NCBI RefSeq assembly: GCF_000143415.4
Contig: NW_003314369.1
Coordinates: 248,001 to 312,000 of the forward strand
DNA from: Selaginella moellendorffii
Lineage: Eukaryota > Plantae > Lycopodiophyta
DNA length: 64,000 bases
Direction: 5' to 3'
Position numbers and translations under genes: made by a program. Below are positions 11,312 to 21,745 of this stretch, piece by piece; positions within the stretch are counted from its first letter, which is position 1, and every line of letters begins with the position of its first letter. The notes under the pieces were generated by a model. The model did not search any database. It was given only the letters and a program-made list of their open reading frames with translations, and was not told where the DNA came from.

Positions 11312-13015
11312 CTAGTATCCCGGACCCGCGACTTCTCCTTCGTTCTCGCCATCGTAGCCGCCACCGCCACCACTGCCCGACCCCGACCCCGACCCGGACC
11401 CGGATCCATATCCACTGCCTCCATTTCCACCATAGCCAGATCCCGAGCCAGTGCCAGAGCCAGAGCCGGAGCCATAGCCACTCCCTCCAGTTCCACCAGT
11501 TCCATAGCCAGAGCCGGAACCAGCGCCGGAACCGTAGCCACTTCCGCCACCATTTCCCCCGCTCCCATAGCCACTTCCAGTTCCAGAACCAGAGCCATGG
11601 CCTTCGCCACCTTTGGCACCTTCGCCATAACCAGAGCCAGAGCCAGAGCCCGAGCCATATCCACTTCCAGCACCGTGTCCCGGAGCATATCCATCGCCAC
11701 CTTTGGCACCCTCGCCGTAGCCAGAACCGGAGCCAGAGCCCGAGCCATATCCACTTCCAGCACCGTGCCCCGGAGCATAACCATCGCCATGTCCCGGAGC
11801 ATAGCCATCGCCATAACCAGAGCCGGCACCAGAGCCCGAGCCATATCCACTTCCGCTTCCAGCACCGTGTCCTGCACCCGCACCAGAGCCATAGCCGCTT
11901 CCACTTCCAGCACCGTGTCCACTGCCACTTCCACTCCCATAGCCGCTTCCACTTCCAGCACCGTGTCCCGCGCCACCTCCATAGCCAGAGCCGGAGCCAG
12001 AGCCACTTCCAGAGCCACTTCCATAGCCGGAGCCGGCGCCAGTGCCTTTACCATATCCCGAGCCACTTCCACTTCCAGAGCCAGCTCCATATCCGGTCCC
12101 AGCACCGTAGCCTTTACCGGCGCCAGAGCCGCTTCCACCACCGTAGCCAACTCCAGCGCCGAGTCCAAGCCCGGCACCCGAGCCACCACCTACGAGTCCG
12201 TCAACCACGTTGCCAACTCCGTTGCCTACATGGCGAGCAATGTCACCGAGCAGACCGTCGGGTTGAACGCCAGCAGTGGAAGCCGGGTGGCCGGGCTCGT
12301 GGTTCTCCGTGTGGATCCCACCAGTGTGACCGGGAATGTGGTTGTCCGTGTGAGCATCACCGTGACCAGGCTTGTGGTGCTTCGACGAGAAGTCCTGATG
12401 ACCAGGCTTGTGGTTGCTTGTCGAAACATCCGCAGCTACAGTGGCAAAAGATTGAGCGACGGCATCACCGTGACCGGGCTTGTGGTTCTCCGTATGAACT
12501 CCACCAGTGTGACCGGGCTTGTGGTTCTCCGTAGAAACTCCACCGGTGTGACCAGGCTTGTGGTTCTCAGTCGAAACTCCACCGGTGTGACCAGGTTTGT
12601 GGTTGTCAGTTGAAACTCCACCGGTGTGACCAGGCTTGTGGTTGTCAACGTGAACTTCTGGCTTGTGATTGTTCGTTGACGCGTCCGAGTGACCGGGCTT
12701 GTGATTTTTCGTTGACATCTCTCCCGCTGTCCAATACGGCGGTATAGCTGCGTCAGGCTTGTGGTTCTCCGTGTGAAACCCACCGGTGTGCCCAGGCTTG
12801 TGATTGTTCGTCGACACGTCCGAGTGGCCAGGCTTGTGATCATCTGGCTGGACCACGCCATGCCCGGGCTTGTGGTTCTTCACGGAGCCTCCAAACTCAG
12901 GGTGATCGTAAGAGTCTGCATTGCCAACCAACGTCTTGTCGCGAGCTTCAGCAACCTGCAGGACGAGGATCGACAAGAGACAAGTTAGCACAACAATCGG
13001 CTTGAGTAGCTCCAT
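11312..13015 (-). CDS. Secreted 567-aa protein: signal peptide, ~15 NHKPGH-type repeats, then a Gly/Ser/Tyr-rich (GSGSGY) domain
   Basis: Single-exon ORF with hydrophobic N-terminus ending VAEA|R, obvious internal repeats and an upstream TATA box. Confidence 0.85.
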   Translation of the reverse strand: MELLKPIVVLTCLLSILVLQVAEARDKTLVGNADSYDHPEFGGSVKNHKPGHGVVQPDDHKPGHSDVSTNNHKPGHTGGFHTENHKPDAAIPPYWTAGEMSTKNHKPGHSDASTNNHKPEVHVDNHKPGHTGGVSTDNHKPGHTGGVSTENHKPGHTGGVSTENHKPGHTGGVHTENHKPGHGDAVAQSFATVAADVSTSNHKPGHQDFSSKHHKPGHGDAHTDNHIPGHTGGIHTENHEPGHPASTAGVQPDGLLGDIARHVGNGVGNVVDGLVGGGSGAGLGLGAGVGYGGGSGSGAGKGYGAGTGYGAGSGSGSGSGYGKGTGAGSGYGSGSGSGSGSGSGYGGGAGHGAGSGSGYGSGSGSGHGAGSGSGYGSGAGAGHGAGSGSGYGSGSGAGSGYGDGYAPGHGDGYAPGHGAGSGYGSGSGSGSGYGEGAKGGDGYAPGHGAGSGYGSGSGSGSGYGEGAKGGEGHGSGSGTGSGYGSGGNGGGSGYGSGAGSGSGYGTGGTGGSGYGSGSGSGTGSGSGYGGNGGSGYGSGSGSGSGSGSGGGGGYDGENEGEVAGPGY

Positions 13016-13119
13016 ATGATCATGCAGAACAGTAGCGCAGCCAAGATGAACGAGAGCCGAATGAATAAAAATGAGACAATGAAACGAGAATGAATGCTAG
13101 AAACCAGCAGCAAGGATAG

Positions 13120-13128
13120 TATATATAA
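13120..13128 (-). promoter_or_regulatory. Probable TATA box of the NHKPGH/Gly-rich gene
   Basis: TTATATATA on the minus strand ~105 nt upstream of the ATG. Confidence 0.5.
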
Positions 13129-13654
13129 GGAAGCAAACCAACTTGCAGAGGAGATCAAGAGCAATGGAGACCCACCACGTAATGCGTGGTCCTTGTCATG
13201 GCCACTAACCGATGCCCAATAAGCAGCAACAGATACACTGCTCGCAATGATAACGGAGAACATCATTTGCTTACACTTGGTGGAAGTGGCTTAGCTCCAA
13301 GTGTGAACGCCAACGTGTTCCAAAGGTCTGCAGACGCAAAAGCTGCAACAGAGTCAGGACCGGTGAGTGGAAAATAGCGAGACCTTACATACCAGTTGCT
13401 TCTTTGACAAAACAAGAGCCACTCTCATCTGCGGGACCCGATGGTCACTTGCGATTGCCCATCTTTTCGTCACGTCAAGTTCTCCCAAAACACGAAATAT
13501 GCGACCATCCAAAACCACTTCGCCATCAGAATCCTCCTCTCCAGCCTGCTTATTTTATAAAGCCGGGATCTTGACCAGATTTGGGGTGCAGGATAGAGCA
13601 CGCAATTACCTGAGCCAACTCGCAAGCTTAAACAACGAGGTTTTTGTTCCCTCA

Positions 13655-14380
13655 TTATTCTCTCCGCGTTGTTGAAAGCCGCTTGTAATCCAAAAGTTGG
13701 GCAGCGAAAGCGAGATCGTCGTTGTGGACGCCAGAAGGTGAGAGGGGAGCCTTGTCACTGCAAAACAGTAGAGCTTTCATCATTGCCACAAGAAAAGAGA
13801 AAAGCAAACCTGTCGCTCTTGTTCCCAGTTTCAAGTGGAAAATAGCTTGGTGAAACCAAGCGTCGGAAAGACTCAAGCATTTCTGGTCGAGCCTGAGATA
13901 TCACGGAAGGTAGAGACGGAAGTTCCAGCGTTTCCATCTCCTCTAAAGAAACTCGATTTAAGAGACAATTATGGAATGAAAATCCAAGCTCACCTCTAAA
14001 CAGTGAAGAGCTCCCGTGGTTATTTGCTGCTTCGTTCTCCTCGAAGTCCAAGTCCAAGTCTTTTGGAAGTGGCAATACCTACAATCAATCCATCCATCTC
14101 CTCCCACCAACACGAAATCTAAACACTCCACTCACCGGAACGACGACACCGCTGGTGAATTGCGATCCCTGGAGCAATTTCCTGCAAAATCTCCTCTCTA
14201 GCAAATCCACAAGAGAACCGTTCGTGAATCGATAACCTCTTCCAGACGGGCGGAGCTGCCAGATCCTGCTCTCGGCGACGCTTGCCGTCATTGCTGGCCT
14301 GGAAATCAGCTACATCAGGGAGGAGAGACAGAGATCGAGCCTACCGGATTGCCAAACGCTCCAAGATTTTGAGGCGCCAT
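13655..14380 (-). CDS. Hypothetical small multi-exon gene
   Basis: A series of GT...AG introns and open segments (MAPQNLGAFGNP; LPLPKDLDLDFEE; ELPSLPSVISQARPEML). Frame joins are ambiguous and no family was recognised. Confidence 0.35.
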
Positions 14381-14624
14381 GCCCAAGAACCCTAGAGTCT
14401 TGGCGGGAAGAAAATTTTAAAAGAGTATAAGAAGAGAATTAGTCACAAACTATCAAAAATATGCTCCACTTTACCACACGTAGATAGCTGTAACAAAACA
14501 AGAAAACTAACTTAAGCATGAAGATAAAATCGGCATAAGAAATTTCACCCACTGGGCTGAGCATCCAATGATCAAAGCTTGAACGAATAAAGAAGAGCTT
14601 GCGGCGCTGTTCAAGAGAAACTCC

Positions 14625-17082
14625 ATGGCGTTCCAGCATTTCTGGAAGATCATCGTCCTCCCAGCGCTCTTGTGTTTGAGCGTCACTTCATCTGGAAGAG
14701 CCTACGATGATCCCACTACCAACGTGAGTAGTAAATTCTCGACTGATAGAAAGAGCGATCGCTTACCTGTGTTGTGTGTTCGTAGACTTATGTTGTTTAC
14801 ATGGGAGGAAAACAAGCCGGGATCGAGCCAGCATCGGTCACTGCAGGACACCATCAAATCCTTGCGCAAGTCTTTGGAAGGCAAGCTAAAGAACTTACAG
14901 ATCGTCGCGATTTTTTGCTTTCTTTCCTCCTGGCTGATTGACGACTTCCTTTTTCTTCATTTCCAGCATGGAGGTGGCAGCGAGCAAGATCCGGTATAGT
15001 TACAACTATGCTTTCAGTGGATTCTCGGCAACACTGACAGCGGATGAAGCTGAAAAGATAAAAGGTGATCAGCTGAGAATACAAAACAAGAGGAGAAAAT
15101 CTCACCTTTTGATCTTGCAGGAATGCCTGGAGTTGTGAGCGTTTTTCGCAGCAGAAACATCCAGCTCCATACGACCAGATCGTGGGACTTTCTAGGCCTC
15201 TCACTGTCCAAACAAGTCCCATTAAATGCATCCTCAGACGTGATAGTCGGTCTACTAGACACTGGTACGTACCTTGGTTCTTGTCTCGCTGGTTTTCTCT
15301 AACTCTGGCTTCGTGAAGGCATTTGGCCGGAATCCAAGAGCTTCAGTGACGCCGGCATGGGACCTGTACCGTCGAGATGGAAAGGACAATGCGTAAACGG
15401 TGCCACTAACGTCTCGGAACAAGTTATATGCAACAGGTACCTCATTCTCTTATTGCATGGCTCCCGTTCGACTTGAAAGGATGTTCTCGCAGGAAAGTAA
15501 TTGGAGCTCGCTACTACGAGCTCGGCGTAAGCGAGAGGAGATATGAATCCGGCAGGGACGAGATCGGGCACGGATCACACACAGCGTCCACAGCTGCAGG
15601 AAGAGAAGTTCCAGGAGCAAACTCAGACGGGACAGCCAAAGGAACAGCTCGAGGAGGCTTACCGGGAGCTCGGATCGCCGTGTACAAAGTCTGCTGGATC
15701 TTCAAAAAGTGTAGCGACGACGGGATCCTGGCTGCCTTTGACGACGCGATAAAAGATGGAGTCGACATCCTGTCCATCTCGCTCGGTGCCGAGACGCCAG
15801 CGTCGTTCGACCAAGACAGCGTTGCGATTGGAACCTTTCATGCCGCTCAACACGGGATCAGTATTTCAACCTCTGCTGGAAACAGTGGTCCGATGATGGG
15901 ATCCATCGCAAACTTTGCTCCTTGGATGTTAAGCATCGCTGCAAGCACTACGGACAGGGGCGATAGCTCTTTGACATCAGAATCGGTATAGTAGCAAGCT
16001 TTTCACTTTGAAAAAAATTTCAGCATGTTTACTTGGAATTTTCTCAGCCCAACCAAGGACTGCCAACTTCAAGCGCACCAGTCATTCCGTATTTCTCAGC
16101 AAGAGGACCTAGCAGATTCAGTCCAAGCATTCTCAAAGTAAGAAGCTGCAAGCTCTCCAAAGCACAAAGTTAACTCAGACCTTTGTTCTTTGCTTTTTTT
16201 CTTGTTCCATGCTCGAAGCCGGATGTTGCTGCTCCGGGAGTTCACATCCTTGCAGCTTGGCCTGACAACATAGCCACCGAGAATGGAGAACTTAACCAAC
16301 AGTTTGGATTTCTTACCGGAACATCCATGGCCTGTCCTCATGCCACGGGAGTCATCGCTTACGTGAAATCGCTCCACCCGAAATGGAGTCCAGCGGCTAT
16401 CAAGTCGGCCATCATGACAACAGGTAAAGCTTTCTTCTTCCCTGCAAACGAAAGAAAAAGAAAAACCGTGAGAACTTGATCTTAAACTTCGCTTGTTCTT
16501 GCAGCAAACAATCTAGACAATACCAAGAAAGTGATGAAGGTCGACTCTGGAGACACTGGAACTCCATTCGACTATGGAACCGGAGAAGTCCAGCCGGTCC
16601 TAGCAGCTGATCCTGGCCTTGTCTACGATCTGGACGTCGCAGACTACGTGACTCACCTTTGCAGCGATGGATTCACCTCGGCCCAGCTGCGAACAATCTC
16701 TGGAAACCCAAACATTACTTGTCCATCGCCCAAGAAGCATCCCCGGCCTCCTCTCAACTATCCCTCTTTCTCCTTCCCGGCGCTCGAAATCGCGGTCCCC
16801 CAGTCATCCCAGCGGACGCTCACAAACGTCGGCCCCGAGAAAGCATCCACCTACACCGCTACCATCACCAATGCCGAGGCTTCCACAGCCGCGTCTATCA
16901 CCGTGGCGCCTTCCAAGCTCGCCTTCACCAAGATCGGCCAGAAACTCGCCTACACGCTCACCGTGAATGCCTCCGCGGCGCCAAGCTCGCCGATCGAGTG
17001 GGCGTTCGCGTGGATCAGCTGGAGCGATGGGAAGCACCAGGTCAAGAGTCCCATCGCCATGAAGATAAACCCTAAATCCTGA
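14625..17082 (+). CDS. Subtilisin-like serine protease (S8A with I9 propeptide and FnIII-like C-terminus), PA domain absent
   Basis: Signal peptide; [12 protein letters not shown]; [11 protein letters not shown]; D in LDTG; H in [11 protein letters not shown]; oxyanion N in AGNSGP; S in GTSMACPH; LNYPS. Confidence 0.9.
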
Positions 17083-17154
17083 CCGGAATGTAGGGTTCTT
17101 TAAAATATTGTAGAGAATATGCCAAATTTGAATTCAAATTTGCCCTAATAATGG

Positions 17155-17395
17155 TAATTCAAGAAGTGGCGATTGGGAGTAAGCAATGTCATGGAACAGT
17201 GCAAACGATGTTATCTTTTTCTTTTGACTCTGAAGATCCAAAACGATGACATGGCAAATACAGCTGAAGTAGAAGTTTTTTCAGTAGCTCCTGCTATTAC
17301 GAAGAAGTTCGCTGGAACCATCTAAAGAGCCGAAAACCCGGGATCTTGATCTTGGATGGCAGATCTAGTTGACCATCGAGCCAAAACCTTCATGA
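17155..17395 (-). pseudogene. Deletion-collapsed copy of the WWE-ART gene
   Basis: Colinear blocks shared with 19550-20477: gcgattgggagtaag, tccaaaacgatgaca, agtagaagt, ctggaacca..aagagccga, gatcttgatcttggatggc. Confidence 0.75.
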
Positions 17396-17504
17396 GAATA
17401 TCAACAATTCCAGCAAGGTGTGAGCTACCTATATGCTACGCATGGGTTTTACTCGAAAACCTTGAACTTGTATGGTTGTCTTGTAAATCAATAACAATTT
17501 ATTA

Positions 17505-17720
17505 ACAGAAAGTAGCGATTTGGAAACGATGCTATCTTTTCTCTGGCTTTGAATATCCTAAACGCAAGAGAGCGGCAATAATGACTTGGAGTCTTGATCT
17601 TGGATGCAGGTCTTCCACTGTCATCTTTTTTCAAGTCGACCACAGTGAGCGCGAGAAGAAGGCGATTTTGGCCGTGCCCGAGCTCTTGGTGGCGAGGATA
17701 CGTCGTTCCATCGTCGCAGC
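17505..17720 (-). pseudogene. Second deletion-collapsed copy of the WWE-ART gene
   Basis: Shared blocks gtagcgattt/gg, gctttgaatatcc, gcggcaataat, cactgtcatcttttt, gagaagaaggcga, cgtcgttccatcgtc; translated remnants DDGTT and LALTVVDLKK. Confidence 0.8.
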
Positions 17721-19286
17721 CAATAAAGAACTTGTTTTGATCGCTTCTTTCACAGCGAAATCGCCCGGCTGTCCTCGTGATCTCCAAATCCCCACGTTGC
17801 GCCTGGGCCTAGATGAGCGCGCAAAATCAATCCAAATCATGCTCTTGTAGCCCAGGAGCTCCAGGCTCTTGAAAATCGAAATTAACCTGGAGCGGCAGAT
17901 CGCGGAGCTCCCCTTCCTTGATTGCGCGAAGAACTCGAGCGCGCGCCCTAACCCTCTCAAAATTTTGGCGCCAAAATCAAATTTGGTGTCATTGCTTGAA
18001 CGTTTTGGAAACAATGATGCTCACAACGTCCTCTTGTCTTGAGGAGCTGAGACATGGTCAAGGTACTTTGCCTTTGTCATCCAAGCGCTATTCTAAAACT
18101 CTACTCTCTGCCAAGAAGTTTTCCCCAAGCCCCTCCAAGGTTTTAGTCAAGAGCCTCCTCTACCTTCCATCAACCATAATACTAGTTTATAAATAGTGTA
18201 ATTTCTGCCCTAAAGTGGAATGTACTCTTTCACCGCTTGGAGCTGTACAAGCCAGGGTGAAAATCAACAGCCTACATATGAACGAGTGTTTGGGAGAAGC
18301 AAGGAGTTTCATAGAAGAAGTTACTAGAGCGATCAACACCAGATGTACACCTGTACAACATGAAGACAGTTCAAAACTGGTCCAAGCTACACGCAGCAAC
18401 GTCGATGGACGTCGGCTAAAGACTTTTTTCTTGATTTCATCAGAGAACATTATGGAGAAATTGCAATTCCGCTCCAATAGTTCTGAATTGGAAGGCCGAA
18501 GACATCTTAAAAAAGATGATATCATGGAAGAACGAGAAGAAACGAAAGAGTGTGTAACAGCAGTAGTAGCAAGGTTTGTTTTTCCACTTATCTATTGTCT
18601 TATTTTATATTAGCAAACAAAGAAAGAGAACCTCATGGAGCCCAGACCAGGCTTATCATCGACAAGTTAGGTATACTTAGTTATATTGCTTCACAGAGAG
18701 CGGCGGATTGAGAACTTGACAGGCCTTGAGAAATTGCAGAAACAGAAAAAGAGTCGCTTTATATGTACATGTTTCCTTTTCAGGAAGGCGGCACACTGGA
18801 CAGACATGCTATTACAAGTAGTGGAGAAGAGTCAAGAACAGAGCGGAGTAGAAACGAAGTACAGTGTTCAAAGACATTGTAAAGATTTCGAATCATCGTG
18901 TGACGCACGCTCGCAAGACACCAACTCCCTCAAAACAAAAGAAAGGAAGGTGATGAAGGTAATGAAGTGTTTGAGCTTCAAGGTGAGCTTGCCTTTGTGC
19001 GGAAAGTAGGTTATACCTCCCACGAGGACATCCTTGATGTGATTAGCAATCTTTGAAATGTTACAAAAAGATTTCTCCTTTCCATAACTTTTTGTGATAG
19101 ATCAAATGCTTGGTTTCCATGAATGGCTGCCTTCAGAATGTTGAGGAAGCCATTGAATCTCACAAAAGCTATAGATTGGTTTATACATTGGTAATGTAGA
19201 ATAGTCTGGAATTATATATTGGAATCAAAGTTGGTTTATACATAGAAAACTAATAAAAAGAACCAATGTAGCCCATCTAAAAAACA

Positions 19287-19303
19287 TGTGTGTGTGTGTG
19301 TGT
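19287..19303 (+). repeat. (TG)n microsatellite
   Basis: tgtgtgtg run. Confidence 0.8.
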
Positions 19304-19549
19304 TTTTGAATTTCTTGTGAAAAGGCATGTCATTTGGTCCAAAAGAGGAAGTAAACACCATCAAGAAGACAGTGATTTTGTTCATACTCACTAAATTACT
19401 TGACCTTAACCCCAGAAGTATATATAAACTTTCATAATCTTCCTCCGTTGATTAGTTTAATTGCATAAGACTAGCATAAGTGATTAGTCTAATTGATTGG
19501 CATATAAGATTAGAAAAAAATGTACTAAAATATCTTCCTGCTCAAAAAG

Positions 19550-20477
19550 CTAAATCCAAAAGGTAGCGATTGGGAGTAAGTAATGTGGTGTCCCGCATGG
19601 AACTACGCAAATGTTGCCATCTTTTGTTTTGCTTTGAATATCCAAAACGATGACAACGCGTGAGAGCTGATGGCCGCGGCGGCAATAATCTCTAGCAAAC
19701 ACGGCCGACCTCGCAAAGTAGAAGTCTGCGTGGCAGCTCTTGCTGAATCCATTGCGAAGAATGGAATCGATGTTAACCTCGGGAGTCCCGTGGAAGCCGA
19801 TGCCAATCGATCCCATCTCCGTTCCTATACTTCCAATTAGATCGCATTGGAAAGAAGATGGAAACTTTACCTCTTTCCGGGTTGTAGAAAGCCTCACAAA
19901 ACTTGCTATAGATCGGATGCTTCTCCCTCTCCCCGGGCGTGACCACGTAAGGATTCAGCTTCATGTCACTCCCTCCATGCACTTTCTCCAGAAACTCCGC
20001 GAGTTTGTTGTCCACGAGCCAGTCCAGCCACTGTTTTCCAGTGAGCTTTGATCCCTCGGAGCACTCGCCGGGCACTGGAACCAGCTGAAGAGCCGAGTGA
20101 TGCCACACCGGCACCGAGTTCAAGAGGATGCGCTGCGAGCTTGCATCTATGGAATCTGGCGAGCTTGCATCCATGGAGTCTGGCGAGGTTGCAGCCATGG
20201 AGTCTGGCGTGGAGCTAGAGTCTGGCTTGGATCCAGACTCTGGCGTGGAGCTAGACTCTGACTTGGAGATCTTGATCTTGGATGGCTTGCGGCCCCAGGT
20301 CTTGGACACTGTCATCTTTTTCAAGTCGACCACCGTGAGCGCCAGGCATCCCGAGAAGAAGGCGAATTTGGTCGTGCCGGAGCTCTTGGCGGCGAGAATC
20401 CTCTCGGACAAGAACTTGGATTCGCACTCCTTCCACGTCGTTCCATCGTCCCTGCTGATCCACACTTGGTCCGTCAT
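19550..20477 (-). CDS. 293-aa WWE-like + PARP-like (ARTD) ADP-ribosyltransferase domain protein, 2 exons (intron 19825-19870)
   Basis: A 46-nt GT-AG intron joins ...NPERG|TEMGSIGIGFHGT in frame. N-terminus has W-x8-W, SERILAA and VDLKKM. Catalytic-type motifs are FHGT, ILRNGF, FYFA, ARDYC and NICVV...YLLP. Confidence 0.75.
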
Positions 20478-20719
20478 ACTACCGCTTTTTAAAATAACCT
20501 AGCTCAAAAATGCCCGTGCCCGCTTTGATCGGCCCCAAAATTCATAGCCGAAAATCAAAATGTTGCGCCAAACTTGCTTATTTCAATCTGTTTTTGGCTG
20601 AATTTTATTAAATGAGAATGCGTACGAAAGTGTAGGATCAGATTCGATCTTGCATGTCCGAGCGCCGGAGGTACCGGCAAAATCATCCGATGCGGTCTTC
20701 TTCTTCTCCTACGCGCTAC

Positions 20720-21160
20720 TGCCACCCCATCTGCTTCCTGCGTGTTCTCCTCCGGGCTTGCCTCTACGATCTCGCGCGAAGAGCTCCTGCCCGAGATGGT
20801 AGTCTTTTCCCTGGCACCTTGCACGGCTTTGGCGACGTCTCGATACCGAGGTGTGTGCAACGCCAAGATCACCGCTCTGTGCAAGGAGGCCTGGCTGGAC
20901 GCTGTTCTTGTGGAGTATGCTGAGGAAGTGGCCGCCACCATCTTCCAGCCATACACGGCCAGGCCCCTGCAAGCTGAAGCGGCTGGAGCAGGCCTTGATC
21001 TCAGGCGATCGATCTCTTGGGGTGCAGTAACAACTCCCAAATGGGAAAGATGGACGAGGCGATGAACCAGCTGGAGAGGATGCCCGAGACTGGAAGCTCT
21101 CCAGACGTGGTTACTTACACCACTCTCATGAATGGCTTCAAGTTGGCAAGGCTGGACGAT
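20720..21160 (+). pseudogene. P-class PPR gene remnant
   Basis: CNAKITALCKEAWLD and GKMDEAMNQLERMPETGSSPDVVTYTTLMNGF-KLARLDDA-stop, broken by frameshifts. Confidence 0.75.
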
Positions 21161-21269
21161 GCGTAGCTTTATGGAGAATGACGCCGTGCATACTCTCGGC
21201 GAGATAAGGAGGAGGAGCTGTTTGTCTTGCTTTACCTCCACTGAGAAGATGAGGTGTCTCTTGAAGCTG

Positions 21270-21745
21270 TAAGCTTTTGAGAGTAATAAAGCATTTCGCT
21301 TGCCTGATGAATCTTCCAGTTCGTCAACAACTAAGTTACAAAAGTGGCTTCAACTAGAGGTCCTTCACAGACAGGAAGTTCAGGCAAGTTTATGAAATGA
21401 CAATGGAGAACTTGGGCTTTTCTTTATCTCAGCTCAACACAATGATCAAGCGCAAAGATCGACCAATCTAGAATCTCCAAACTCCACGAATGGGTTCTTC
21501 CAAGGACGAAGCGCCGGCCTAGAGCATTGAGAATGCAGGGGATGGTGGGTGACATTGACCAAAACGCTATGTATTTTCCAATGATTTAAGTATATGGGAT
21601 GCTATTTTATTATTGGAGCCTGGTTCTGAGAAGCCCTAGTTCTGGTTTACTAGCTCACTAAAAACGCTTAGACCAGTCGATTAAGACCCTGGTCTCCCAA
21701 AGCATAGGTCTGGGGTTCGATTCTTCTTTGCATCTAGATAGAATA
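21270..21745 (+). repeat. ~0.5-kb diverged direct repeat, copy 1, ending in a tRNA-like segment
   Basis: Aligns with 23725-24315 (cagttcgtcaacaa, caagtttatgaaatgacaatggagaa, tagaccagtcg, gggttcgattct). Confidence 0.8.

Noticed and set aside
11275-12613. 304-aa and 338-aa alternative-frame or antisense ORFs
   Set aside because: Shadows of the repetitive Gly-rich CDS
18030-19200. Short ORFs with splice-like signals
   Set aside because: No recognisable motif or consistent gene model
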